Positions 1-10,252 of a DNA stretch of 64,000 bases are shown piece by piece. The notes beneath the pieces were generated by a model. The model saw only the letters and a program-made list of their open reading frames with translations, did not search any database and was not told the origin of the DNA. Each line of letters begins with the position of its first letter. Positions within the stretch are counted from its first letter, which is position 1. The stretch comes from Blastocladiella emersonii ATCC 22665 (Eukaryota; Fungi; Blastocladiomycota): positions 1,391,091 through 1,455,090 of the forward strand of contig JANHCV010000012.1 of assembly GCA_025594325.1 (NCBI GenBank). The letters run 5' to 3'. Both the position numbers and the translations under genes were made by a program.

Positions 1-113
1 ACCCCTCGCCAAGACTTTGCTTCGCTTGCACTACTCGCTCGTACACCGGCGCGCGGCCTCGATACACACACACAGCTCCTCGCATACATCCCCACCCCTA
101 CACCATCACCAAC

Positions 114-1370
114 ATGACCAAGCTGTCCGCCCTCCTCTGCGTCCTCTTCCTGGCCACGGCCGCCAACAACGCGCTTGCGTATGTGTCCCGCTGCTCGCCT
201 GCGACGCGTCGTCGCGGTTCCCACGCCTCTTCGCGACCTGATGCTAACGCTCGCCCCTCCCCCGACATCCACAGGCTCCCCGTCTACCAGCAGTCGGCCA
301 TCGCGACGACCACGGCCGGCGCCGCGGCCGCCGAGGAGACGATCATCGACTTCCCGAGCGAGACCACGGTGACCGAGACCGAGACGCAGACGGCGACGGT
401 GGTCGAGACCCAGACCGACACGGCGACTGAGACCCAGACGGTGATCGGCTCGACGCCCGTGCCCGACTCGACGACCATGGTCACGCTCATCTCGTCGGCG
501 TCGTCGTCGGCGGTCCCGACCACGACGGCCGTCGACATCCCGACCCCGACGTGGGTCTACACGACGCACGCGCCCTCGACGACGGCCACGCCGACGTACA
601 CGAGCTCGGTCGCGTCCACCACGGTCGTGACGGGCGGCGGCGGCGACGCTGGGTCGACGGTCCCGGCGTACAACTACGGCACGGCCACGTCGGCCGTCGA
701 CTCGACGACCTACACGCAGACGGCGACCTCGACGACGGGCGGCGACGGCGGCGTCGCGTCCGTCACCCAGGACACGACCATCACGCAGACGGCGACGCGG
801 TTCGTCACCAACACGGCCGTGACCACGATCACGTCGTCGTGCGCCCCGACCACCACCACCATCACCGAGACTGAGACGACGGTCGTCCCGACCACGATCG
901 TGTCGACGTCGACGCTTGACGTGACCGCCACCGAGACGGCGACTGTGACCGCGACGGCGACCGTCACCAACACGGCGACCGAGACCTCGACGGCTACCGC
1001 CACCGCGACCGTGACCGCCACCGAGACGGCGACGGCGACCGCGACCCAGGTGTCGACCGCGACGGCGACGGTGACCGTGACCGAGACCCAGACGGCGCAG
1101 GCGACCACGACGGCGACGCGCACCGTGTCGTCGGCGACGGCCGTGACCGTGACGAACCAGGCGACGGCGACCGAGACGACGACGATCAACGTGACGACCA
1201 CCGACAACGTGACGGCGACGCAGACGGCCACGGTGACCTTCACGGCGGCCGAGGTGACGACCATCACGGCGCCCTGCGAGGACGGCACGGCCACGTCGGT
1301 TGGCGTCGTGACCACGACCACGTCGGCGTACCCCGTGACGACGCCCTGCGAGACGACGACCGCGGCCTAA
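114..1370 (+). CDS. Secreted Thr-rich low-complexity protein (paralog 1)
   Basis: Signal peptide MTKLSALLCVLFLATAANNALA. Likely intron 179-274 (GTATGT, branch GCTAAC at 244, ACAG), giving ...ALA|LPVYQQS. Long alternating-Thr tract (TATVTATETAT) and C-terminal PCETTTAA. No GPI-type hydrophobic tail. Confidence 0.8.
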   Translation: MTKLSALLCVLFLATAANNALAYVSRCSPATRRRGSHASSRPDANARPSPDIHRLPVYQQSAIATTTAGAAAAEETIIDFPSETTVTETETQTATVVETQTDTATETQTVIGSTPVPDSTTMVTLISSASSSAVPTTTAVDIPTPTWVYTTHAPSTTATPTYTSSVASTTVVTGGGGDAGSTVPAYNYGTATSAVDSTTYTQTATSTTGGDGGVASVTQDTTITQTATRFVTNTAVTTITSSCAPTTTTITETETTVVPTTIVSTSTLDVTATETATVTATATVTNTATETSTATATATVTATETATATATQVSTATATVTVTETQTAQATTTATRTVSSATAVTVTNQATATETTTINVTTTDNVTATQTATVTFTAAEVTTITAPCEDGTATSVGVVTTTTSAYPVTTPCETTTAA

Positions 1371-2243
1371 GAAGGCGGTGGGCGAGCGGCGAGCTGCAGT
1401 CTCGACCAACCTCCCCGCGCGCGCTGGCGTACGACATCCAAGAAACCAAGAAACCCCCTCCTCATTAGCACTTTTTGATCCACGATCATCTCTACCCTCC
1501 CTCCCTTCTCTCCTCTCCATCGCACTACCCCCCTCTTGCACTTGTCTGATCTTTCCCCCCTATCTTGTGTCTCCTCCTCATCCACGGGCCGGTCATCCCG
1601 CGGACGGACGGTGATATCTTCCTGGCATGCTTCTCTCTCCTCCCCCTCCCCTCATTGGCAATACACATGGTAATCTGCATCATCCACTGCTCGTCTCTCG
1701 TGTCTCTCGGCTTTGCTTGTGCGCGACGGTGGCCTTGGCCATCGTCGCGCTTGAGTTGCGTTCGATGCATCGCGCGTTGCTTGGCTTCCGCTCCCGAGTT
1801 GCTCGCGCCTCGAGCATGATTCTCGTTCTTCGCCGCTGGTCAGCTCATCCTTGAATTGACTTGGTCGCATCGGCCATGGATTGAATGCCGTGAAGCGGTG
1901 GTGCCGCTCGTCGCGTTGGTCGTGGCCACGGCCATGGCCGACTTCGTTCTCGCTCACACGTACGTACGCTCATGTACCGGCGAGCCCGCCGTTCTCGGAC
2001 AAGGTAATGCTTGCGCTCAGCGTCTTTCGCGACCATGGTCGACTTGATGATCTCTCGCTCGCCCGTCAACGTCCATCCTTTGAGCCGCCGACCCGCGGCG
2101 AAGGCGAAGCCTCCGCTCGTCGCCCGGGCCACGGCCACGGCCGACTTGCGTGCGCAGTTCGACCACTCTTCACTCGCCCTTCCACGCCAAGATCTCGACA
2201 GAATCAAGTATATCCTTTGTCCCCTCCCCCACCATCTCGCGCA

Positions 2244-3354
2244 TCAGAACTGCACCCACCCAGTCGCCGCCGCCCCGCTAGCACTCGGCGACCCGGCGGC
2301 CTTGGGCGGCGGCGCCGCTGCCGCGGTAAAGTCGGCCCAGTCGTCGCTGCCGCCGCTGTGCCGCTTGCTGGCGGCGGGCGGTGGCGCGGAGAACGCGCCG
2401 AACGGCGAGTCGTCGAAGGCCGCGAAGGATGACGGCGCAGGAGCAGCGGCAGCGAACGCGCCGAACGGTGCACCGGCCGCGGGCGGGGCGGCGAACGGCG
2501 TGAAGTTGGTGCCCGCGGGCGGCGGGGGCGGGAAGAAGCCGGTGTCGGCGCCGCCGGCGGGGAGCGCGGCGGGTGCGGGTGCGGCGGTTGCGGACGTGCC
2601 GCCGAGTTTCTTGGCGAGCTACACACGAGTGACGGATGTCAGCCCACCGAGCTCAGTGAGTACCCGGTCCACGTACGACGCCAATATTGATCTTGATCTG
2701 CTGCCCCTCCTTGAGCCCGAGATCGAGCGGCGGACCCGCGGCCACCGCAGCCGCCGCTGCCGCCGCCCCACCGAGCGCGGCGGCGCCGCCCGTCTCGTAC
2801 TTGACCTGCTTGGCGAAATCCTGCATGGCGACGTTCCAGTCAAACGCGTCGGCGCGCTCGGCGAACCCGAACCCGACCCAGGCGTGGCGCGCGGACGCGC
2901 GGTCCGTGAGTCGGATCACAAAGTACCGCGACGAGTCGAGCACGCGCTCCACGTCCGTGTCCGGGTCGCGCACCAGCGACTCGCCGAACAGCTCGCCCGT
3001 CATGCTGTCCTCGAGCTTCACGACGCACAGCGACCACGGGCCCTCGGGCGCGCTCGGCTTGATCATCTGTTTCGCGAGCGCGGGACCCAGCGCGCGTGAC
3101 GCCGCCGCGGGGCTCGCGTACGTGACGTGCAGCACGCGCAGACGGCCTGACCACGCCTTGGACGTGTCCCAGTCGGCCGCCTTGTACCCCTCGGCGCGCG
3201 TGCGCGGCGGGATCGGGAAGACTTGCGCCTCGCGCTTGACGAGGAGCGTGGCTGCGCGCAGGGGTCGGCGGAGTGATCAGAGCGTGTGCGCGGCGGGCTC
3301 TCAACGCGGCGGCGTACCCTCGAGGGGCGGCGAGTCGGGCGGGAGGGAGGCCAT
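2244..3354 (-). CDS. NECAP: NECAP (adaptin ear-binding coat-associated protein)
   Basis: PHear-domain motifs GYKAADW, VERVLDSSRYFVIRL, GFGFAERADAFDWNVAMQD, and LDLGLKEGQQIKINIG. C-terminal DDWADF and the diagnostic GWVQF-stop (TGA 2244-2246). Introns at 3252-3317 and ~2620-2675. Confidence 0.93.
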
Positions 3355-3518
3355 GTTGATGCGTTGCAGCGGGTGGTTTCAATTTAGGCCGAGCGAGAGC
3401 GATGCATGGAGCGGCGATGCGCTTCGTCGGGGAGAGCGGCGAACGGTGGCGCGGCCGACCTGCACATGAACGACGCGTCTCACAAAGCTCCGTGTGTTGT
3501 ATTACTCCTCCCCGTGAG

Positions 3519-6247
3519 CTATGCCACGTACACGTAGCGGTCGTTCCCGCCCGTCGCGCGCTCAATGTACTGCTTGTCGATGAGGATCTCGATGCACTTC
3601 TTGATGAGCGCGATCGACGGCCGGAACCGCGCCGTGGCCAGGTCGATGACCGACGTGACCAGCTGGTTGTGGTCGACGGTCCGCTGCGACTTCATGATCC
3701 GCACCATGGTCGCCTGCAGGAACAGCTTGCGGTCCTCCTCGACCGCCGCGCGCGTCGCCTCGTCGTCCTCGTCGTCGCCGCCCGCACCCGTCCCGCGCCG
3801 ACCGCTCCGCAGCGCACCGTTGCTCCCGCCACCCGCCGATGCACCGCCCGCTACGCTGTCTGCGAGCGACAGCGTGAGCCGCAGCTTGGCGCGCTTGCTC
3901 GTGAACGCGTCGTTGATGGCGATCGCGCCGCCGTCGGACCCGTCGGCCGCCGCGAGGAGGAGCCCCGCGTCGATGAGCGACTGCACGGTGCGGTCGGCGT
4001 CGTGCTGCGGGCACCCGAGGGCGCCGGCGATCTCGGCGCGAGTCAGCCGGGGCGCATCGTTGAACAGGGCGAGCACCGCGTACTGGTGCAGGGCGACCGA
4101 CACCTCGTACCGCTTGTCGAACCCGTTGAGCCGCACGTCGGCGCGGCACAGGTGCCACATCCAGAACAGCTTGCGGCCGTTGTGCTTGGTCCCGTAGAAG
4201 GCGGTGAACGCGGCGACGCTGGCGGCGATGGGCGCGGGGAGGTGCGGGAGGACGGGTGCCGACGCCTGCGAGATGGGCCAGGTCCCCGCCGTCAGCACCA
4301 TGGCGTGCAGCTCGGGCCCGGCGTGGTCGGGGAACTCGCGGAACTGCGCGGACGTGTCGGCGCTCAGCGTCATGTCCGTGAACATGCGCTGCAGCTTGGA
4401 CGTGTACTCGACGCCGCACGCCATCTTGAGCCGAGTCAGCACCGTGTACTCGAGCTCGTCCGACGTCGAGAGCCGCTGGATCAGCCGCTTGGCGAGCAGC
4501 CGAGCGTAAACCTTTTGGAACACGTCCTTGTCGTCGATGTACGCGAACAGGACCATGACCTGCACCAGGGCGCGCTCCACCTCGGCGTCCGACTGCTTGC
4601 TCGACTTTTTCATCAGCCAGTCCACGTACTGCGCAATCTGCTTGGGCGAGTTGACCGCGTCGCTGTCGTTGATCACGGACCGGTACGCCTTGTCGAGCGA
4701 CGCCACGAACTTGGGGTCGTTCTTGAACAGCGCCTGGATCTCCGACGTCCGCGTCGCGTGCAGGTCGCCGAGCGATGCGACGAGCGTGCGCGGGTCCTGT
4801 TCACGGGGGTCAGGTTAGCGCACGCCGCGGGTGTCGAGTAAGTACGCCGATCACGTACGGGCGACAGCAGCTTGCGGCCCTCCTCGCCGACAAACGCCTC
4901 GTAGACCTGCGTCAGGAGCGTGATGCCGTTCGGGATCTGCGACAGGAGCGAGTACGCGAGCTCGAGGTCTATAGACGGTGTGGCGGTGAGCGACCGGGTC
5001 GAGCTCGCAGCGTCGTGGGAGCAGAAGGTACCCTCGCGGCGCGTGTGCACCAGCATGTCCTTGAAGCTGAAGCAGATCTTGTCCTTGTGCGCGTCAATAT
5101 ACTGCGCGTTGCACTCGAACAGGACCTATGTGCTCCCGGAGTGAGTACTCGGAGAGGAGAGGTGACTCGGCAAGTTGGCGTACCTTCTCGACCGAGCTCG
5201 GGTGCAGGTACCTCGCCGCGCGCGACTGCTCCTGCTTCAGCCGGTCGTCGGCCTACACCACCACGCGCGGGTCAGCTACCAAGCGCACAGGCGCAGCAGC
5301 GGGCAACGCACCATGCGCATGAACTCGGACACGCTGAGGTCTCGTGCGTAGCGGCGGCTCTCGGTCTCGTAGTACTTGCGCGACTCGGCGATGAACACCG
5401 ACTCGTAGTCGTAGAGGTACAGCGACATGGACTGCGAGACGCGGGCCTGCAGGGTGACGAGCGACAGGGCGAGCGCCTTGCACGCCTCGTGCGGGCCGAG
5501 CACGCCCTCGCGGTCGCCGCGCACCACGTCGGCCACGGACCCGATCAGGTCCTTGCGCAGCTTGCGGAACACGTTGTCCTTCCACAGCACAAAGGCGAGC
5601 TACACGCACGGTGGTAACGGGTGAGGTGCGGCGGTCGGCGCACCGGCGCGCGCGAGGTGAGGAGAAGCGTACGCTCTCGACGGACTGGCGCTTGTACACG
5701 CTGTCGCGAACGAGCGGGCGGCGCTCCTGGTGCGCGCGCATCGCGACGCTCATGTTGGCGCCGCGCAGCGGGGTGCAGATGGACCGGTTGAGCACGTCGC
5801 ACACGATGTTGAGCGTCTGCGTCGCGAACAGGTAGATTTCCCACTCGGCCGCGTACGTCTGCAGCGCGTGGTCGCTGGCGTGGACGCGCTACACGCAATG
5901 GGACCGTCGTCGTGTCAGGCGCGCCAGTGACTGCCGGAGTGAGCGAGCGAGCGCACCTTGGCAATCTCCTGCGTGTGCCGCGCGAGGTAGTCGGCGAGGC
6001 GCAGGAACAGGTCCTCGGCCATGGGCTTGGGCCGCGTGTTGCACATCTGGTACACCGACCTGGAGGTCCCGCGGAAACGTCAGCGTGCGCGCCCGTCACG
6101 CGGTAGCCGAAAACCATACTCGTAGAGGTCCATGCCGCCGACGACGGCGCCCGGGTCGCTCGGGGTGCACGAGAAGAGCTGGTCGACGACCCGGATGAAC
6201 CCGGTGAAGACGGCCTCAAAGTCGATTCGTTTGCGGCCGAGTGACAT
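3519..6247 (-). CDS. CUL2: Cullin, CUL2-like
   Basis: Multi-exon gene. Cullin motifs YIDDKDVFQKVYARLLAKRLI, CGVEYTSKLQRMFTDM and VLTAGTWP. Neddylation region LQATMVRIMK. C-terminus IKKCIEILIDKQYIER...YVYVA resembles animal CUL2 rather than CUL1/3/4. Start MSLGRKRIDFE at 6247. Confidence 0.85.
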
Positions 6248-6601
6248 GGTTTGGTGATGATACGTTGCAGCGAGTCGGTGCGCTTGATCGGCGGTTGGAG
6301 CGGCCGGCCGAGGAGAAGTGGCGGTCGGGTCAGCCAGCGCGCGGCCACGGCGGCGCGTCGACGCGCGACTCGAGCGGTGCTCACCGCCACCTGACTCGCT
6401 CGGATCACGGCTCAGAACTAGCGACTCGCAAAGCACCAGCAGCAGAAGGGATGCAGAAAACGGGTTACATGCGCGTTTGAATGTACTGTATTTCAACCAG
6501 TCGAGTCGATCAAGCAGGAGGCAGAAGAGGAGATGGCGGCGGCATCGGAGAGATCATATTCACACCAGCGCTATCGCCACAAACCCCAACCACACAGAGC
6601 C

Positions 6602-7159
6602 TTACTCGCCGCGGCGGAGGGCAGCCTTGGCCTTGATGACGGCGGTCTTCTTGGTCAGCTTCTTGGACTTGGGGGCCTTGGCGGCAACCTCCTGCGAGCC
6701 GGCCTCGGCCACGATCAGCTCGACGTGGCAGGGGTGCGACTGGTAGGGGTTGATGCGGCCGTGGGCGCGGTAGGTGCGGCGGCGCATCTTGGGGGCCTGC
6801 TGGACCTGGATGTGCTTGATGACGAGCTTCTCGGCGTCGAGCTCCTTGGCCTTGGCGTTGGCCTCGGCGTTCTGGAGCAGGTCGAGCAGGAACTCGGCCG
6901 ACTTGACGGGCCAGCGGGCCTGCGTGGTGTTCCACTCCTTGGCCTGGGCGGTACGGCCGACACCACCGTTGAAGCGGCGGAAGGGCACGGCGCGCTTGTG
7001 GGCCTTGACGTCCTCGAGGAACTGCACGGCCTTGTGCAGCTGCATGCCCGAGATGGTGGCAGCGGCCTCGCGCGTGTTCTTGAACGAGACGCGGAGGTAC
7101 TCGCCGCGGGCCTTGGCGGTCTTGGCCTCGTTGGAGGGGGTAGCCGAGTAACGAACCAT
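6602..7159 (-). CDS. RPL17: 60S ribosomal protein uL22 (L17)
   Basis: MVRYSATP...[12 protein letters not shown]...[16 protein letters not shown]...[11 protein letters not shown]...[23 protein letters not shown]. No intron in the CDS. Confidence 0.97.
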   Translation of the reverse strand: MVRYSATPSNEAKTAKARGEYLRVSFKNTREAAATISGMQLHKAVQFLEDVKAHKRAVPFRRFNGGVGRTAQAKEWNTTQARWPVKSAEFLLDLLQNAEANAKAKELDAEKLVIKHIQVQQAPKMRRRTYRAHGRINPYQSHPCHVELIVAEAGSQEVAAKAPKSKKLTKKTAVIKAKAALRRGE

Positions 7160-7175
7160 ATTGACAACTATGGAC

Positions 7176-7504
7176 CTGCGGGGAGACGCACAGCGGGGGC
7201 TCGTCAGCGTCAAGTTCATGGATCAGAGGTTCGGCGTGCACGCCGGCCGTCGGTCGGTCGTCTGCACCACCACACGCATCGCACAGCCACCCACTCGTCG
7301 TGCGCCAAAAAAAAACGCCATCCGGCGTCGTCGTCGTCGTAAATCCATCCGACGTCGTTTCGGCAGCCGTCTGCGTCCCGTGTCGAAAATCGAACGAACA
7401 GCGTTTGGTTCATCAGGGTCACACGGTCGACAGGGTCACGCCGCAGGTGCTCCGCTGAGCGCAGCCCGCGCAGCGTGGACAGTGACGGTGACCACAGCCC
7501 GTAC
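7176..7504 (-). other. Predicted 329-nt 5'-UTR intron of RPL17
   Basis: Minus-strand donor GTACGG at 7504, branch GCTGAC at ~7203-7208, and pyrimidine-rich acceptor CCCCCGCAG ending 7176, 16 nt upstream of the ATG. Confidence 0.6.
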
Positions 7505-7727
7505 TTTCCGCAGGGCGAGGTCGACGTAACGGTTGCCGGGACGGCGTGACAGGTCCAGCGCGCAAAAAATCCGTGCACAAAACGGGCGCGGAAGGTGCGC
7601 GGGAGCGGCGAAACGGCGAGGCGGCGCGTGGCGAGGCGGGATGGATGGACGTGATCACCCGCGCGGCGGGGTGGCCTGGAGGCGGGACGGCGTTGATGCA
7701 TGGCTCCGCTGGGCGAGCGGGCGGCGA

Positions 7728-7762
7728 CAGCGATTCATGGCGTTGGCGGCAGCGATTCATGG
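7728..7762. repeat. 13-bp direct repeat CAGCGATTCATGG x2 in the RPL17/ZNF277 divergent promoter
   Basis: Exact copies at 7728-7740 and 7750-7762 (period 22 bp). Confidence 0.8.
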
Positions 7763-8111
7763 GTGGTGGCGGTGACGGCGGCGACGGCGGCGTGCTTGCA
7801 GCGAATTTTTCGACGCACTTACCGTGCCGTGTAGGTGAGAAGGAGCGGGGAACGTCGCTCGTCGGCCCGTTCACCGAGGCGGCCCAGCCGCGAGGCGCCG
7901 TGTGGCGCGGCCGTGTGGCGCTCAGCGTCGAGAGGCCCTTGGGAGTGAGGCATGTGGCCCCACCTGAGCCAACTCAACAAGCCGCCCCGTTCGCTGCTGC
8001 GACGCATCCGCCCTCCCGACCTTCGAGGCCCGCAGAACACTCAGAGATCAGGCCGCTTCGTTACGCATCGCGCACACGCCGCTCGCCGCGCTGTACTCTA
8101 CGCATCGACTC

Positions 8112-10148
8112 ATGCCCAACGCCACCACGCAGACCCAGGGCGCCCAGGCCCCGAGGGTCATCACGCCCTCGGCGAGCGCCACCGCTGCTCCCGCCGCTGC
8201 CCCCGCTACTGCTGCTGCGTCCCCGGTCCCCGCTGCCTCTGGCCTGCGCGCTCCCGCCGGCCCGCGCACCCGCACCGTCTCGGGCACCTCGGTCCACTCG
8301 AACCACTCGTACCGCAGCAACCGCACCTCGGGCAGCGCCCGGCGCGGCGGCCGCGGCGGCCACCACCATCACCACCACCACCACCACCATGGCCACCACC
8401 ACCACGATGACGACGAGGACGGCTACGGCTCCGACACGTCCATCTCGACCGTGTCGACCCTGACCTTCGAGCTGTCCAACACGTACATCCTGCCCGAGCC
8501 GTTCCTCGTCTTCTGCCCCTTCGACTGCGAGGACCAGACCCCGTACGCGTCGGTCCACCCGCTGCTCGACCACCTGCTGTCGCACCACGGCATCAAGATC
8601 GCCGACGTCGGCGTCGTGGCCGGCGTCATGACGACGTACCTCGACGAGTGGGCCCGCCGCATCCACAGCGACGCCGAGCTCAAGGCCGCCCTCGACGCCT
8701 TTGCCGAGACCCAGGCGGCTGCCGCCGCCGCCGCCGCGGCTGCCGCGCCCGTCGTCGTCCCCGAGCCCGTGGCCGCCCCCGTGTCGTACGCGGCCGCCGC
8801 GTCCATGCCCCCGCCGGCCTCGCTCCTGTCGGCGCAGCTCGGCCCCAACGGCTCTGCGTCGTCGTCGCACGGCCACCACCGCGCCATCGCCATCACGTTC
8901 GGCGTGCCGCAGGACACGTGGGACCGCGACCTGCGCGCGGCGCTGACCAAGGCCAAGCTAACCGAGGTGCTCAAGCTGCAGGACAAGGAGCGCCAGACCG
9001 AGGCGCACAACCCGCGCAAGTGCCTGTTCTGCAAGAAGGTGGCCGAGAACCGCACCGCCCTGTTCCGCCACATGTTCGCCGAGCACTCGTTCAACATTGG
9101 CCTGCCCGATAACCTCGTCTACGTGTCGCACTTCCTCGACCTGCTGTCCGAGAAGCTCGCCAAGCTGCAGTGCCTGTACTGCGAGCGCACCTTCAAGTCG
9201 TCGGCGGTCCTGCGCAAGCACATGCGCAAGAAGCGCCACTTCCGCATCTCGCCGCGCAACCACGAGTACGACCGCTTCTACATTGTCAACTACCTCGAGC
9301 CCGGCAAGAACTGGGAGACCCTCACCAACGCGGAAAAGTATTTCGAGTCGGACGACGAGAACGCCGACCGCCGCTCCGTCTACTCCAACGCCCTGACCGG
9401 CACCTCGTTCCCCGCCAACGGGTCGGTCCGCTCGCACCAGTCCTTCATGACCTCGGCGCTCGGCGAGGACGAGGACGACGCCGGGTGGTCCGACTGGGCC
9501 GACGACGACGACGAGACGGCCGCCGCCGCCCGCGACGCGTGCCCGTGCCTGTTCTGCGACCACGTCGGCGCCGGCGCCGAGGCGTGCGTCGGCCACATGG
9601 CCGCCGAGCACGCGTTCGACCTCCCCGCCGTCACCAAGGACATGGGCCTGTCGCTGTACCAGACCATTGTCCTCATCAACTACCTGCGCAAGGCCGCGCT
9701 TGTCCCGCGCTGCCCGCGCCCCGGGTGCACCGCCGCCATCGCCGACCTGCCCGCGCTCGCCAAGCACGTCGCCGCCCATAAGTGCCTGACCAAGCTCCCG
9801 CGCCCCGCGCCCGAGGCCAAGATGGACGTGTCCGTCAACCTCGCCGGCACCAACACGTTCGGCGATGAGCACGCGCTCCGCCAGGTCGCCGCCGAGCTCC
9901 GCGGGTCCCTCGCGGCCGCCGTGAGCGAGGGCGCCGACGCCGAGTCGACCGAGGACCTGCCCGCACAGTGGGACAAGGTCGGCGACACGGTCGTCACGCT
10001 GTCGGGCATGGAGGGCAAGCCCGAGGACTCGTTCTGGAACGACCCGCAGTACCTCTTCCCGACGCTCGACGGCGACCCGCTGCTGTCGTACGGCGTCGAC
10101 CACGACGACGACGAGGACTGGGACACGGAGCCGCAGTTCATGTTCTGA
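8112..10148 (+). CDS. ZNF277: C2H2 zinc finger protein ZNF277-like
   Basis: CLFC...HMFAEHSFNIGLPDNLV...LQCLYCERTFK...HMRKKRH...EYDRFYIVNYLEPGKNWE closely matches the ZNF277 core. Poly-His/acidic N-terminal tract. Single exon. Confidence 0.9.
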   Translation: MPNATTQTQGAQAPRVITPSASATAAPAAAPATAAASPVPAASGLRAPAGPRTRTVSGTSVHSNHSYRSNRTSGSARRGGRGGHHHHHHHHHHGHHHHDDDEDGYGSDTSISTVSTLTFELSNTYILPEPFLVFCPFDCEDQTPYASVHPLLDHLLSHHGIKIADVGVVAGVMTTYLDEWARRIHSDAELKAALDAFAETQAAAAAAAAAAAPVVVPEPVAAPVSYAAAASMPPPASLLSAQLGPNGSASSSHGHHRAIAITFGVPQDTWDRDLRAALTKAKLTEVLKLQDKERQTEAHNPRKCLFCKKVAENRTALFRHMFAEHSFNIGLPDNLVYVSHFLDLLSEKLAKLQCLYCERTFKSSAVLRKHMRKKRHFRISPRNHEYDRFYIVNYLEPGKNWETLTNAEKYFESDDENADRRSVYSNALTGTSFPANGSVRSHQSFMTSALGEDEDDAGWSDWADDDDETAAAARDACPCLFCDHVGAGAEACVGHMAAEHAFDLPAVTKDMGLSLYQTIVLINYLRKAALVPRCPRPGCTAAIADLPALAKHVAAHKCLTKLPRPAPEAKMDVSVNLAGTNTFGDEHALRQVAAELRGSLAAAVSEGADAESTEDLPAQWDKVGDTVVTLSGMEGKPEDSFWNDPQYLFPTLDGDPLLSYGVDHDDDEDWDTEPQFMF

Positions 10149-10252
10149 TCGTCTCGCGTTCGCGAGGTCGGTTCTCGTACAAGCACCACCGCCAATGTCT
10201 AGCTCAAGTCCAAAATAAATAGTTGCAGTCCGTTTTTGTTCATCATCGTCCA

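Noticed and set aside
179-274. Stop-free, in-frame 96-nt intron (possible regulated retention)
   Set aside because: Stop-free short introns are expected in GC-rich DNA, and there is no evidence of function.
2210-2218. ATATCCTTT, identical to a U12 AT-AC 5' splice site
   Set aside because: It is on the strand opposite NECAP's 3' end, with no host exon or U12 branch site downstream.
3402-4841. Long alternative-frame/antisense ORFs (also 17373-18908, 29703-32231, 32842-34545, 48382-50034, 56386-58179, etc.)
   Set aside because: They are shadows of GC3-rich real genes: stop-poor, Arg/Ala/Gly-rich, with no motifs.
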